Shown here piece by piece: positions 8,531-18,678 of a stretch of 64,000 nucleotides of DNA. Origin of the DNA: Spirulina sp. (GTDB taxonomy: Bacteria > Cyanobacteriota > Cyanobacteriia > Phormidesmidales > Phormidesmidaceae); assembly GCA_044070495.1 (NCBI GenBank), contig JBIPSI010000028.1, positions 1-64,000 on the forward strand. The letters are read 5' to 3'. The notes under the pieces are model-generated. The model was not told where the DNA came from and searched no databases. It worked only from the letters and a program-made list of their open reading frames with translations. The position numbers and the translations under genes are program-made. Position 1 is the stretch's first letter. The number at the start of each line of letters is the position of its first letter.

Positions 8531-10381
8531 TTATCCGACCATCAGCATGAGTCTCAGGGGATCCAATCGTACGTACCAGGGAAAGGGGCATTCTTTCATC
8601 GTTTCCCACTTCTCCTTAAAGATTTCGGCCTGCAGATGGTAATCTTGCCACCCTTTAGGCTCAGCGTTCAGTTTTAAAAACAGCGTCATCCGGTGGGGGG
8701 TTTCACTGGTCGAGGCTAACCAACAGGGAAAGGTGTTGATCTGCTGAGGGTTGGGCTTGGGCAAAAGGCTGATTTGATGGGCTCGAATGCCAATGTCGGA
8801 AAGCTCCTCAGGAATGGCTTCGGCTACCTCTAAGGTGATTCCCCAATCGCTGGCTTCCACCGTATTTTTGCTCAGGGCTACGGCCTGAGAGAAGTTTTTG
8901 CAGCCGGTTAGTTGAGCCACGCGAATGATTTTGGGAGACTCAAAAATCTGATGCTTAGCGTCAAAGGCGATGGGCCTACCCGCTGACATAACCATCAGGT
9001 TTTCGCACACTCGATAGGCTTCTTCCAGGTTATGGGTGACAAATAAAGTGACGCCGGGATAGGCTGCTAGGGTTTCAACCAGTTGGCGTTCCATCTGGCT
9101 ACGCAGGTGGGTATCTAGGGCTGAAAAGGGCTCATCTAGCAAAAGGGTTTCGGGTTCGGTGGCCAAGGCACGGGCTAGGGCTACCCGCTGCTGCTGCCCC
9201 CCAGAAAGCTGATGGGGATAGCGATCACCCATTTCCTGGAGTTTGACTAGGGCAAGTTGCTGCTTAGTGCGCTGTGATCGCAACTCCTTCGGCCACTTCT
9301 GCAAGCCAAAGGCAATATTCTGGGCCACCGTCATGTGGGGAAATAGAGCGTAGTTTTGAAATACCAGACTGACTTTGCGCTGATGGCTGGGCAGATTGAT
9401 CCCTTTCTGGGCATCGAATAGGGTTTGGCCATTCAGCACAATTCTTCCGTGAGTAGGCGTTTCTACCCCGGCAATGCAGCGCAGGGTCATACTCTTGCCT
9501 GACCCCGACCCACCCAAAATGCCCAGGGTTTCGCCTTTGGTGGCAAAGGTCGTGGCTAGGGTGAAACTGGCCAACTCCTTTTCAATATCCACGAATAACC
9601 CGTCCTGGTGGTCGGAAAATTGTGCCCCGCTCCACGGCAGCCCCTTGGCTGGCTCTGACCCTTGCCCTCCCCGTGCCACCGGCTCCTCCGACTCAACCAG
9701 TCCTGGCTTCGCCCTGACTTGCCGTTCGTAGTGCTTTTGCCAAAGGTTAACAGAAACAATCCCCGACAGGGAGATCGTCATAATCACCATGACCCACAGC
9801 CAGGCTTCTTGCATCGCCCCGGCTTCGACCGCAAAGTAAATAGCCATGGGAATCGTTTGAGTCTGGCCCGGAATGTTTCCTGCCAGCATCAGGGTGGCAC
9901 CGAACTCCCCCAGGGCGCGGGCAAAGGCCAGGATGGTTCCCGCCAAAATTCCTGGGATGGAAAGCGGCAAGAGCACCCGCCAGAAGATGCGCCACTTGGG
10001 TGCGCCAAGGGTTTGAGCCACTTGCAGCAGATTGCTATCCACCTGCTCAAAGGCCCCTAATGCCGTTTTATACATCAAGGGAAAGGACACGACGGTCGCT
10101 GCAATGACGGCGGCATACCAAGTGAAGATAACAGTGAAATCAAAATGGGCCATGAACTGCCCCAGTGGCCCATGTTTGCCAAACACCATGAGCAACAAAA
10201 AGCCCACTACCGTTGGCGGTAAAATCAACGGCGAAACAAACAGGCCCTCAATGGCAGATTTCCAACGCCCCCGATAACCCAACATCCAATAGGCCGCTGC
10301 AATGCCTGTAAAGAATGTCACAAGGGTGGCCAGTCCTGCTGTTTTGAGTGAAATCCACAGCGGGGAAAAATCGGCGGTCAT
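8531..10381 (-). CDS. modBC: Fused molybdate ABC permease + ATPase ModBC
   Basis: Permease motifs PLILPPTVVGF and FARALGEFGAT; ATPase motifs GGSGSGKS, LSGGQQQR, LLLDEPFSALD. Confidence 0.93.
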   Translation of the reverse strand: MTADFSPLWISLKTAGLATLVTFFTGIAAAYWMLGYRGRWKSAIEGLFVSPLILPPTVVGFLLLMVFGKHGPLGQFMAHFDFTVIFTWYAAVIAATVVSFPLMYKTALGAFEQVDSNLLQVAQTLGAPKWRIFWRVLLPLSIPGILAGTILAFARALGEFGATLMLAGNIPGQTQTIPMAIYFAVEAGAMQEAWLWVMVIMTISLSGIVSVNLWQKHYERQVRAKPGLVESEEPVARGGQGSEPAKGLPWSGAQFSDHQDGLFVDIEKELASFTLATTFATKGETLGILGGSGSGKSMTLRCIAGVETPTHGRIVLNGQTLFDAQKGINLPSHQRKVSLVFQNYALFPHMTVAQNIAFGLQKWPKELRSQRTKQQLALVKLQEMGDRYPHQLSGGQQQRVALARALATEPETLLLDEPFSALDTHLRSQMERQLVETLAAYPGVTLFVTHNLEEAYRVCENLMVMSAGRPIAFDAKHQIFESPKIIRVAQLTGCKNFSQAVALSKNTVEASDWGITLEVAEAIPEELSDIGIRAHQISLLPKPNPQQINTFPCWLASTSETPHRMTLFLKLNAEPKGWQDYHLQAEIFKEKWETMKECPFPWYVRLDPLRLMLMVG

Positions 10382-10443
10382 GGGGGTGAGGTCAGAAAAA
10401 CGTGTGAGCAGAGAACACGGTTGGTTGCCATCCGCATCAACGG

Positions 10444-11241
10444 CTATGGGGCGATGCCAAAGCCGTACTTTCTAAAGATGGTCTGGGCTTGGGAACTCCT
10501 GAGAAATTGGGCATAGGTACGGGTAGCGGGTTGATTGCGACTGGCTGAGATCACGGCCATGGGATAAACAATGGGTGAATGCATATGCTCAGGGGCTGTG
10601 GCAACCTGGGTTACCTGGTCTGAGATTTTGGCATCGGTTCTGTAGACAATTCCAGCATCGGCATTGCCACTCTCAACCGTGCCTAAAACATTGCGCACCG
10701 AGTTGCCAAACACAAACTTGGGCTGCAATTGGTCCCAGAGGCCAAGGTATCTAAATAACTCCTCGGCATACTGTCCAGCGGGTACACTGCGGGGCTCCCC
10801 CATGGAAATTTTTTGAACTCTGGGATCGGTCAACTGCCGGAAGCCCGTTAGGCCCAGGGTGGAGTTACGGGGTACTACCAGCACCAGACGATTGGTCAAT
10901 AGGTTGCGTCGAGTATTGGCGACGATCAAGTTTTTCTCCTGTAGAGCATCCATCTGGCGGGCGGCGGCAGAAATGAACAGGTCTACGGGTGCCCCTTGTT
11001 CAATTTGCTGTTGTAGGGGGCCAGAGGCGGCAAAGTTGTAATTGACGGTGATGCCCCGGTTGGCCGCTTCAAACAATGGGTCAATTTCTTCCAAAGCATT
11101 TTGTAAACTGGCGGCGGCGGCGACCAGCAGGGTGGCCGATTGAGCGTTGGCTGGAGCTGGCATAACCACCCTGAAACCCACGGTCAAGAGCAGCGTGGCC
11201 ATTAATCCACCGAGAAAAGCAAGCAGGCGTCTTCGTTTCAT
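10444..11241 (-). CDS. modA: Molybdate ABC transporter substrate-binding protein
   Basis: Signal peptide MKRRRLL; AAAASL, NFAASG, SVPAGQYA and ADAGIVY motifs. Confidence 0.95.
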   Translation of the reverse strand: MKRRRLLAFLGGLMATLLLTVGFRVVMPAPANAQSATLLVAAAASLQNALEEIDPLFEAANRGITVNYNFAASGPLQQQIEQGAPVDLFISAAARQMDALQEKNLIVANTRRNLLTNRLVLVVPRNSTLGLTGFRQLTDPRVQKISMGEPRSVPAGQYAEELFRYLGLWDQLQPKFVFGNSVRNVLGTVESGNADAGIVYRTDAKISDQVTQVATAPEHMHSPIVYPMAVISASRNQPATRTYAQFLRSSQAQTIFRKYGFGIAP

Positions 11242-11340
11242 AGGGTTCAAGTTTTAAAGACAAGTGAGTTGGGCATGGTGAAGTGCAATGGAATTTAGTT
11301 CAGTGATTTACCCCTGAACGATATAACCATGGCGGCATTT

Positions 11341-11368
11341 TACCAACCTTTAGCCAACTTTTTTGGTA
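11341..11368. promoter_or_regulatory. Candidate operator(s) in the divergent modA/regulator promoter
   Basis: TACCAA half-site at 11341 plus AGCCAA-CTTTT-TTGGTA at 11352-11368. Confidence 0.45.
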
Positions 11369-11410
11369 TAAGCCTCTACACTGACTGCAATAGGTTGTTC
11401 GGGTAACGCT

Positions 11411-12583
11411 GTGAAAGATGAGCTACGCAATGGCTTAAGAGAAACCCGCCTGCACCTGGGGTTGAGTCAGCAGGAGCTAGCAACCCTGGTGGGGGTTAGT
11501 CGCCAAACCATCGGTGGAGTTGAGTCGGGGCAAACGGCCCTATCGATTACCCTTGCCCTGCGGCTGGCGAAGGCACTGGGCTGCCGGGTTGAAGACCTAT
11601 TCTGGCTCGATCACAAGATCACCGTTGTGGAGGCAACGCCGATTGCTTCGATGACCGTGGGAGAGCCTCAACGGGTTAGCCTGTCCAGTGTTGGAGGACG
11701 GTGGATCGCCCATCCGCTGGTGGGTGCCGATGCCTTTCGCCTGGAGATGATACCCGCCGATGGCGAAGCTACCCGACAGCCACACCAAGACACCCTCACC
11801 GTGACGCTGTTCAATGACTTGGGCAATCTCCTGAAAACGGTCGTGGTGGCTGGAGGTGCTCCAGCCCTTTCGCTCTGGGCCCGCGCCGCCGAACGTTGGT
11901 ATCCAGACCTAAGGATGCATCTCACCTTCGCCAACAGCACGACTGCCCTGGAGCAATTGCTACGCGGAGAAGTACACCTTGCCGGGATGCATTTGTTCTG
12001 CCCCCAAACCCAGACATTCAACGTGCCCTTTGTGCGACAGGCGCTACAGGACGAAACGGCAGTGCTGATTAATTTGGGGGTCTGGGAAGAAGGACTGCTG
12101 GTAGCCCCCGGTAATCCTAAGGGCATTCATACTGTTGCGGATTTGGCTCGCCTGGATGTTACCCTGATCAACCGCGAACCAGGGGCAGGTAGCCGCAAAC
12201 TGCTGGAGCAGGCTTTGATCGAGGCCGATATTTCCCTGCCATCAGTCATGGGAGACCATGACCCTGATGAATCTGTTTTTTCCCATCGACTCGCTTTCTC
12301 CCACCAGGCCGTGGCCGCAGCCATTGTTACTGGAGAGGCCGATGTTGGGGTCAGTGTGGCCTCCATGGCGACCCTCTTTAACTTGGGGTTTGTGCCCCTG
12401 CGGCAAACTCACTATGACCTAGTTACCCTTAAGCCCTATTTAGATGAAGTGCCAGTGCAGCAGGCGCTAAACGCGCTAAGCCATCGCTGGGTACTTTCTC
12501 AGCTTGAGGTTTTAGGAGGCTACGACACCCGCTTGACCGGGGAAGTAGTGGCAACGGTTCAAGCCCCGCCCAGAGGCGGTTAA
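11411..12583 (+). CDS. XRE-HTH transcriptional regulator with C-terminal molybdate-binding PBP-like domain
   Basis: HTH LSQQELATLVGVSRQTIGGVESG...LAKALGCRVEDLF; PBP_like motifs NSTTAL...GEVHLAGMHL and NREPGAGSR. Confidence 0.88.
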   Translation: MKDELRNGLRETRLHLGLSQQELATLVGVSRQTIGGVESGQTALSITLALRLAKALGCRVEDLFWLDHKITVVEATPIASMTVGEPQRVSLSSVGGRWIAHPLVGADAFRLEMIPADGEATRQPHQDTLTVTLFNDLGNLLKTVVVAGGAPALSLWARAAERWYPDLRMHLTFANSTTALEQLLRGEVHLAGMHLFCPQTQTFNVPFVRQALQDETAVLINLGVWEEGLLVAPGNPKGIHTVADLARLDVTLINREPGAGSRKLLEQALIEADISLPSVMGDHDPDESVFSHRLAFSHQAVAAAIVTGEADVGVSVASMATLFNLGFVPLRQTHYDLVTLKPYLDEVPVQQALNALSHRWVLSQLEVLGGYDTRLTGEVVATVQAPPRGG

Positions 12584-12679
12584 CTGGGCTAGGGCGACCA
12601 GGGAAGACAATAAACATGGGCCTTAGGATAATCTCAAAGGCCTTGGGCTTCCGTCAGTACTCGTTGTTGATGACCCGCC

Positions 12680-13372
12680 CTAGGGCTCTGTAGGCTTCAT
12701 GAGGCCGAACATTGGCCCCAGCACCAGCCCAAACACAAAGCCGCCGGAATGGGCCCAGTAGGCGATGTGGGAGGAGTCTAATCCCGCCTGGTCGCCCAGG
12801 GAAGCTAGGCTGAAAAAGGCCTGCTGGGCAAACCAAAGGCCCAGAAAGAAAAGAGCCGAAATGCGAACGACGGGAAACACCACAATTAGCGGCAGCAGGG
12901 TAAGAATTTCGGCCTTGGGGAACCGCCGCACATAGGCTCCCATCACCCCGGCAATGGCCCCACTCGCGCCGATGGTGGGCACCATGGAGGCGGGGTCGAA
13001 GGCCCACTGGGTGAGCCCTGCTAGCAGCCCACAGAGTAAATAAAAGACGAGAAACCTAAGGTGGCCAAGCTGATCTTCGATGTTGTTGCCGAAGATCCAA
13101 AGGTAGAGCAGATTGCCGCCGATGTGGAAAAAACCACCATGGAGAAACTGCGAGGATAGCAGGGTAATCCACTCGTAGAGGGGATTTTCGATCTGTCCAC
13201 GCAGGCTGGCGCTGAGTTGGTCGGGCACCATGGCCCACTGGTCGAAGAACAGATTGAGCGCCTGGGGAGAAAGGCTGAGTTGCTGCAAAAATACGACCAG
13301 GTTTAGGGCAATGATTCCATAGACAACAATGGGGGCGCGGCGGGTGGGAATGTTGTCGCGGAGGGGAACCAC
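12680..13372 (-). CDS. Rhomboid family intramembrane serine protease (probable GTG start 13372; frame open to 13471)
   Basis: VPLRDNIP N-terminus, FLHGGFFHIGGNLLYL, IGASGAIAG, AYWAHSGG. Confidence 0.9.
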   Translation of the reverse strand: MVPLRDNIPTRRAPIVVYGIIALNLVVFLQQLSLSPQALNLFFDQWAMVPDQLSASLRGQIENPLYEWITLLSSQFLHGGFFHIGGNLLYLWIFGNNIEDQLGHLRFLVFYLLCGLLAGLTQWAFDPASMVPTIGASGAIAGVMGAYVRRFPKAEILTLLPLIVVFPVVRISALFFLGLWFAQQAFFSLASLGDQAGLDSSHIAYWAHSGGFVFGLVLGPMFGLMKPTEP

Positions 13373-13595
13373 GGGGACAGCAGAATAAACAGCCTCTCCA
13401 TTGTAGTCATCCCCACCGTCATCCCCGCCCCACCGAGATCGTGGGAGGTTCCTCAGCCTGTCATGGGTCAACCAGCCAGGGCTAGAACATCGGCGTTATG
13501 GTGGCGTTCTGTCTCGATTTGATGCGAAACGCGGCCTGAGGTTGGGGCGGGGGCGTTATCATCGGCATGTGATCGCCTAGATGGAAGGTTGTGTG

Positions 13596-14066
13596 ATGAC
13601 TGCCAATACCGTAGAACTCGATCTGTCGGCCCCTAACCTGGAAGACGCCATGGAAAGTACCTCCTACGTTGAGACTATTGAGGCGGTGCTGTCGAGCCTC
13701 GATCAGGGGGATGGGCCACGGGTGCAAAAAAATTCCGAGGGGCACCTCTGGACGTTTAAGTACGGCAGTGTCAATGTCTATGTGCAGCTAACGGGGGAAA
13801 CGGTCTCCGATACGCTGACCGTGTGGTCGCCGGTGCTGACCCTGCCCGCCAAGGACGAACCCCGGCTGATGAAGCACCTGCTAGAGAAGAATTGCTACGA
13901 AACCCTGGAGGCCCGCTTTGGCCTATCCGGCAATCAGGTACTCGTGATTTCTAGCCGCATTTTGCAGGATATTTCCGCCACCGAAATCTCTCGTTTGATG
14001 ACCATCGTGGCCACCATTGCCGATGATGCCGACGACGCACTACAGGCCGAATTTGGTCAAAACTAG
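13596..14066 (+). CDS. YbjN / T3SS-chaperone-like domain protein
   Basis: WTFKYGSVNVYVQLTG...LMKHLLEKN...IATIADD pattern typical of cyanobacterial YbjN proteins. Confidence 0.75.
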   Translation: MTANTVELDLSAPNLEDAMESTSYVETIEAVLSSLDQGDGPRVQKNSEGHLWTFKYGSVNVYVQLTGETVSDTLTVWSPVLTLPAKDEPRLMKHLLEKNCYETLEARFGLSGNQVLVISSRILQDISATEISRLMTIVATIADDADDALQAEFGQN

Positions 14067-14522
14067 CCCCTCGCATGGTGCCTAGCCCGAAATTCTCGGC
14101 GAGTGTAGGAGTTCGCATTACAGCCCCGATAAAAGGGGCGGAATGGGGCGATGTCGCAGGAAATTTGGGCGAATTTCGGTGACTATAGGGCGGATTTTAC
14201 TTGAATGGGGTGCACCATGAAGATCCCCCATCTCCCTGATTAAGGGGGGTAAGGCAAATATTAGGGGAGTGTAAGGTAACTCTACTACCGATAGAGTCTG
14301 GGGGATCTGAAGCCTCGAAGTTCATCCCTCACTAAAGCGAAAAACGCTATGAATCCCTAGTGTTTTGGGCTACTTCATAGATAGATCCTATGAAAAATAT
14401 GGAGAAATCCGCAATGATCTGAAAAGATCTGTAGGAAATTACACCTTAGCGAGCCGTAGCCCATATTCTGAAAGAAGGATTCCTAAATCGTCGCCCCTTT
14501 GCCTGGGTTTATCGTGTTGTCT

Positions 14523-17500
14523 ATGGTTGGTTCTAGCGTCCCGGTTACGGCGGATCGTTTTCCTGAAGCCCCTAGCATCTTTCCCTTAACTGATACCCTA
14601 GGGCTAGCGTCCACCGATCTGCGTGCCGCCATTATTCGGGATCTCCTCACCGTTCATCCCCAAGCTGTGGTCCTAGAGGCGGTGGCGCAAATGGGAGGAT
14701 CGGAGCTGTCTTGCCATCTTGCTGCCGAAGGAAACCGAGGATTACGCCCTCCCTATCAACCGCCGTCGAGTTGTGTGGTGGTGGATGGGGATCGGCAGGT
14801 GGTGGGAATTTTGACGGATCGGGATTTAGTGCGGCTGGGGGCACAGCAGCAGCCGTTAGACCAATTGCGGGTGGATCAGGCGATGGCCAGCCCTGTCGTG
14901 ACGCTACGGGAAGCTGAGCTGACGGATTTATTTACCGTGGTAGGGCTGTTGCAGCAGCACCATATTCGCCATTTGCCCATTGTGGATGACCACAAACGCC
15001 TGGTGGGCCTGCTGACCCACGACAGCCTGCGTCGGGTGACTCGGCCTGTGGATCTGCTGCGGCTGCGGTCGGTATCGGAGGTGATGAGCCGTAATGTGGT
15101 GTGTGCCACCCCCACCGATACCCTGCTGCACATTGCCCAGCGCATGGCCCATCACCGCATTAGCTCGGTGATCATTACCCTGCCCCAAACGCCAGAGTCG
15201 TCTGCTCCGGCCATCCCCGTGGGCATTGTTACCGAGCGGGATATTGTGCAATTTCAGGCCCTAGGGCTGACCCTATCCGCCCATCCAGCCGAGGCGGTGA
15301 TGAGCACCCCGGTGTTTACCGTCAGCCCCGATGACTCCCTCTGGGCAGTGCAGCAGATGATGGGCCAGCACTGGATTCGGCGGGTGGCGGTGACGGGGGA
15401 ACGGGGGGAACTGCTGGGCATTGTTACCCAAACCAGCTTGCTCCAGGCCCTCAACCCCCTAGAGCTTTATAACCTAGCCGCTGTGTTAGAGGAAAAGGTG
15501 GCTCAGTTGGAGGTCGAGAAAAGCCAACTGGCCGCCATTGTTGAATCCTCCCAGGAGGCCATTATCAGCTTTGACTTAGATGGCCTGATTACCAGTTGGA
15601 ACCCGGCGGCAACGCAAGTCTACGGCTACCCCGCCGAGGCCATCCTAGGCCAGCCCATTACCCGCCTAATTCCGCCCGATCTACGCGCCAATGAGGACGA
15701 GAAACTTGCCCGCTTAAATGCTGGGGAAACCATCGCCCCCTACGAAACCCAACGGCTACACCGCGACGGACACCGCATTGAGGTGGCCCTGACGATCTCG
15801 GCCCTCCGCAACCGCGACGGCGTGGTGGTGGGAGCCTCTAAAATTGTGCGGGACATCAGCGAACGCAAGCGCCACGAGACCGAACGACAGCAGGCGGAAC
15901 AGGCGCTTCAAGAAAAAACTGCCGAAATTGACCAATTCTTTTCCGTTGCCCTCGACCTGCTCTGCATTGCCGATACCCAATGCTACTTTCGTCGAATGAA
16001 CCAGCAGTGGACTAAGGTGCTGGGCTACACCCTCGCGGAATTGGAGGGATCGTGCTTTTTAGACTATGTTCATCCCGACGACCAGGCCAACACCAAGGCC
16101 CAAGTCATCCGCCTGATCAACCAAGAAGCAGTGACGGGCTTCATTAACCGCATGCGCTGCGCCGATGGCAACTATCGCTGGTTTGAGTGGCAGTCTACGC
16201 CCGTCGGCCATTTAATCTATGCCGCTGCCCGCGATATTACCGACCGTCAGGCCGCCGACCTCATTCTCCGCGCCAGCGAAGCCCGCTATCGCAATGTGAT
16301 TGAAACTACCCTAGAGGGGGTCTGGATCTTAGACCTCCAGGGTAAAACCACCTTTGTGAACCAGCGCATGGCGGATATGCTGGGCTACTCCCCTGCCGAA
16401 ATGGAAGGTCGCGCTTTCACCGACTTCATGGCGGCGGTTAGTCAGTCCCAGTCCCAGACTTACCTCGTCCAACAGCAGAGCATTGAGGAACAGCATCCCT
16501 TCCAATTCAAATGCCGCGATGGTCGCTCCCTATGGGCAATTGTGTCGGCCTCGGTGCTGCGGGATGAGGCGGGGCGGTGTAGTGGATGCATTAGCCTGGT
16601 GACCGACATTACCCAACTGGTGCAAACCCAGAACGCCCTGCGGGAGTCGGAACTGCGGCTCAGCAGCGTTTTAGATAGCTCCCTCGATGGCATCATGGCC
16701 TTTCGCTCGGTGCGGGATGACCAGGGACAGATTGTGGATTTTGAGTATACAATCTGCAACCCGGTTGCCTGCCAGGTGGTGGGGCGTTCCCAGGCAGAAC
16801 TCATCGGCCAGCGCTTGCTAGAACGCATGCCGGGGCACCGAGAGGAGGGCTTGTTTGACAGCTATGTGCAGGTGGTGGAAACCGGGGAACCCAGCCACCG
16901 CGAGTTTTACTACAACCGCGATGGCCTAGAGTCTTGGTTTGAGCATGTGGCGGTGAAGCTAGAGGACGGGTTTGCCGTCACCTTCCGCGACATCAGCAGC
17001 CTAAAACGCTCGGAACAAGCGCTACAACGGGCCAACCAAGAGCTAGAAGCCCGCATTTCAGACCTCAACCAGCGCCACGCCGAGCAAATTTTGCTAAGCC
17101 AACTCAGCGATTTTTTGCAGGTTTGCCTCACCGTAGGCGAGGTCTGCGCGGCCTTGGGTGGGTTGGTAGCGCCGCTGTTTCCCCACTGTTTTGGGCGTCT
17201 ATTTTTGACCCAGGCCCGCCCAGATCAGATGATCGGTGTGGCCCAATGGGGCGAGATGGCCTCACCGCCAGAACCTCTGACGGAACCCCTACACACCCAA
17301 GACTGCTGGGCCTTGCGCTGGGGCCACCCCCACCTATGGACTCAGGCCCAACCGGGTCTCATCTGCGCCCATACTCAGCACGCCTATGATGGGGAAACCC
17401 TCCCCAAATTAGGGCTTTGTGTTCCCCTCATTGCCCAGGGCGAAACCCTAGGGGTACTCAGCCTTGCCTCCCACAAAGGCGATGTTCTGCCTGAGGCCAA

Positions 17501-18077
17501 ACAACACCTGGCCCGCACCGTGGCCGAACAAATTGCCCTCGCCATTGCCAACCTCAACCTGCGGGCCACCCTTCACCTGCAAAGCATCCGCGATCCCCTC
17601 ACGGGCCTGTTCAACCGCCGCTATTTAGAAGAAGCCCTCGCCCAGGAAATGGCCCGCGCCCTGCGCCATCGCCGCCCGCTCAGCGTCATCATGCTGGATA
17701 TCGACCATTTCAAACGCTTCAACGATACCTACGGCCATGAAGCCGGAGATTACGTCCTCAAAACCGTCAGCACCGCCCTCCAAGAAAGCGTGCGCGGCTC
17801 CGATATCGTCTGTCGCTACGGCGGCGAAGAACTCACCATTTTGCTGCCCGACCTAGCCCTCAGCCTCGCCAAGGACAAAGCCGAACGGCTGCGAGCCATC
17901 GTTGAAAACCTCTGTCTAGCCTTCCATGGGCAAAACCTTGGCCCCATCACCGCCTCCCTGGGTGTCGCCAGTTTCCCAGAGCACGGCACCAACGGCACCA
18001 CCCTCGTGCAAACCGCCGATGCCGCCCTCTACCGCGCCAAAGCCGCCGGACGCAATCGGGTGATTGTCGCTCCCTAG
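14523..18077 (+). CDS. Diguanylate cyclase (CBS pairs - 4 PAS - GAF - GGDEF)
   Basis: CBS motifs (GILTDRD, GIVTERD), repeated PAS/PAC (RDIS/T), DPLTGLFNRRY, RGSD I-site, GGEEL. Start between 14499 and 14523. Confidence 0.92.
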   Translation: MVGSSVPVTADRFPEAPSIFPLTDTLGLASTDLRAAIIRDLLTVHPQAVVLEAVAQMGGSELSCHLAAEGNRGLRPPYQPPSSCVVVDGDRQVVGILTDRDLVRLGAQQQPLDQLRVDQAMASPVVTLREAELTDLFTVVGLLQQHHIRHLPIVDDHKRLVGLLTHDSLRRVTRPVDLLRLRSVSEVMSRNVVCATPTDTLLHIAQRMAHHRISSVIITLPQTPESSAPAIPVGIVTERDIVQFQALGLTLSAHPAEAVMSTPVFTVSPDDSLWAVQQMMGQHWIRRVAVTGERGELLGIVTQTSLLQALNPLELYNLAAVLEEKVAQLEVEKSQLAAIVESSQEAIISFDLDGLITSWNPAATQVYGYPAEAILGQPITRLIPPDLRANEDEKLARLNAGETIAPYETQRLHRDGHRIEVALTISALRNRDGVVVGASKIVRDISERKRHETERQQAEQALQEKTAEIDQFFSVALDLLCIADTQCYFRRMNQQWTKVLGYTLAELEGSCFLDYVHPDDQANTKAQVIRLINQEAVTGFINRMRCADGNYRWFEWQSTPVGHLIYAAARDITDRQAADLILRASEARYRNVIETTLEGVWILDLQGKTTFVNQRMADMLGYSPAEMEGRAFTDFMAAVSQSQSQTYLVQQQSIEEQHPFQFKCRDGRSLWAIVSASVLRDEAGRCSGCISLVTDITQLVQTQNALRESELRLSSVLDSSLDGIMAFRSVRDDQGQIVDFEYTICNPVACQVVGRSQAELIGQRLLERMPGHREEGLFDSYVQVVETGEPSHREFYYNRDGLESWFEHVAVKLEDGFAVTFRDISSLKRSEQALQRANQELEARISDLNQRHAEQILLSQLSDFLQVCLTVGEVCAALGGLVAPLFPHCFGRLFLTQARPDQMIGVAQWGEMASPPEPLTEPLHTQDCWALRWGHPHLWTQAQPGLICAHTQHAYDGETLPKLGLCVPLIAQGETLGVLSLASHKGDVLPEAKQHLARTVAEQIALAIANLNLRATLHLQSIRDPLTGLFNRRYLEEALAQEMARALRHRRPLSVIMLDIDHFKRFNDTYGHEAGDYVLKTVSTALQESVRGSDIVCRYGGEELTILLPDLALSLAKDKAERLRAIVENLCLAFHGQNLGPITASLGVASFPEHGTNGTTLVQTADAALYRAKAAGRNRVIVAP

Positions 18078-18105
18078 GGCCAGGGGTTAGCCACAGTTTT
18101 CAGCG

Positions 18106-18534
18106 TTAGCCGCGCTTTTCAAGGACATCCGCCAGTCGGGCTAGGGTTTCGTTGAGCTTTTCTTCGGTGGTGGGTTCGGCGTTGGCGGCGGCTTCCACTT
18201 CTTCCTTGCGCTTCATCCGCTCAACGGCCCGCACCACCAGGAATAGAACGAAGGCAATAATCGCAAAATCGATCACCGTTCCCAAAAAGCTGCCCAGCCG
18301 AATGCCGGGGCCAACCACCGCCTCGCGCCAATCCGTCCCCGCCTGGGCCAGCAGCGGATTGAGCACCGCAGGCATGATGACGTCCTCCACAAAGGAGGTG
18401 ATGATGGATCCAAACGCTCCACCAATGATCACCGCCACCGCCAGATCTACCACATTGCCCTTGAGCGCAAAGGCCCGAAAGTCGCTCCAGAAGCTACGTG
18501 CCCTCGCCTGGGCGCGTTGAGTGCTGTTTGCCAT
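18106..18534 (-). CDS. mscL: Large-conductance mechanosensitive channel
   Basis: FRAFALKGNVVDLAVAVIIGGAFGSII; GSFLGTVIDFAIIAFVLF. Confidence 0.95.
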   Translation of the reverse strand: MANSTQRAQARARSFWSDFRAFALKGNVVDLAVAVIIGGAFGSIITSFVEDVIMPAVLNPLLAQAGTDWREAVVGPGIRLGSFLGTVIDFAIIAFVLFLVVRAVERMKRKEEVEAAANAEPTTEEKLNETLARLADVLEKRG

Positions 18535-18678
18535 GGCTATTCTGTCTTTTACTACGAACAATACATTAAGGCACTTTTTCCCAACGGCAACACCCAATTC
18601 GAAGCGCTGCCCTCGCACCCCAAGCACCGTCTGTCATACTAGATAGGCAAAAATAGGCAACCCTTTATCCCCGGCTCC

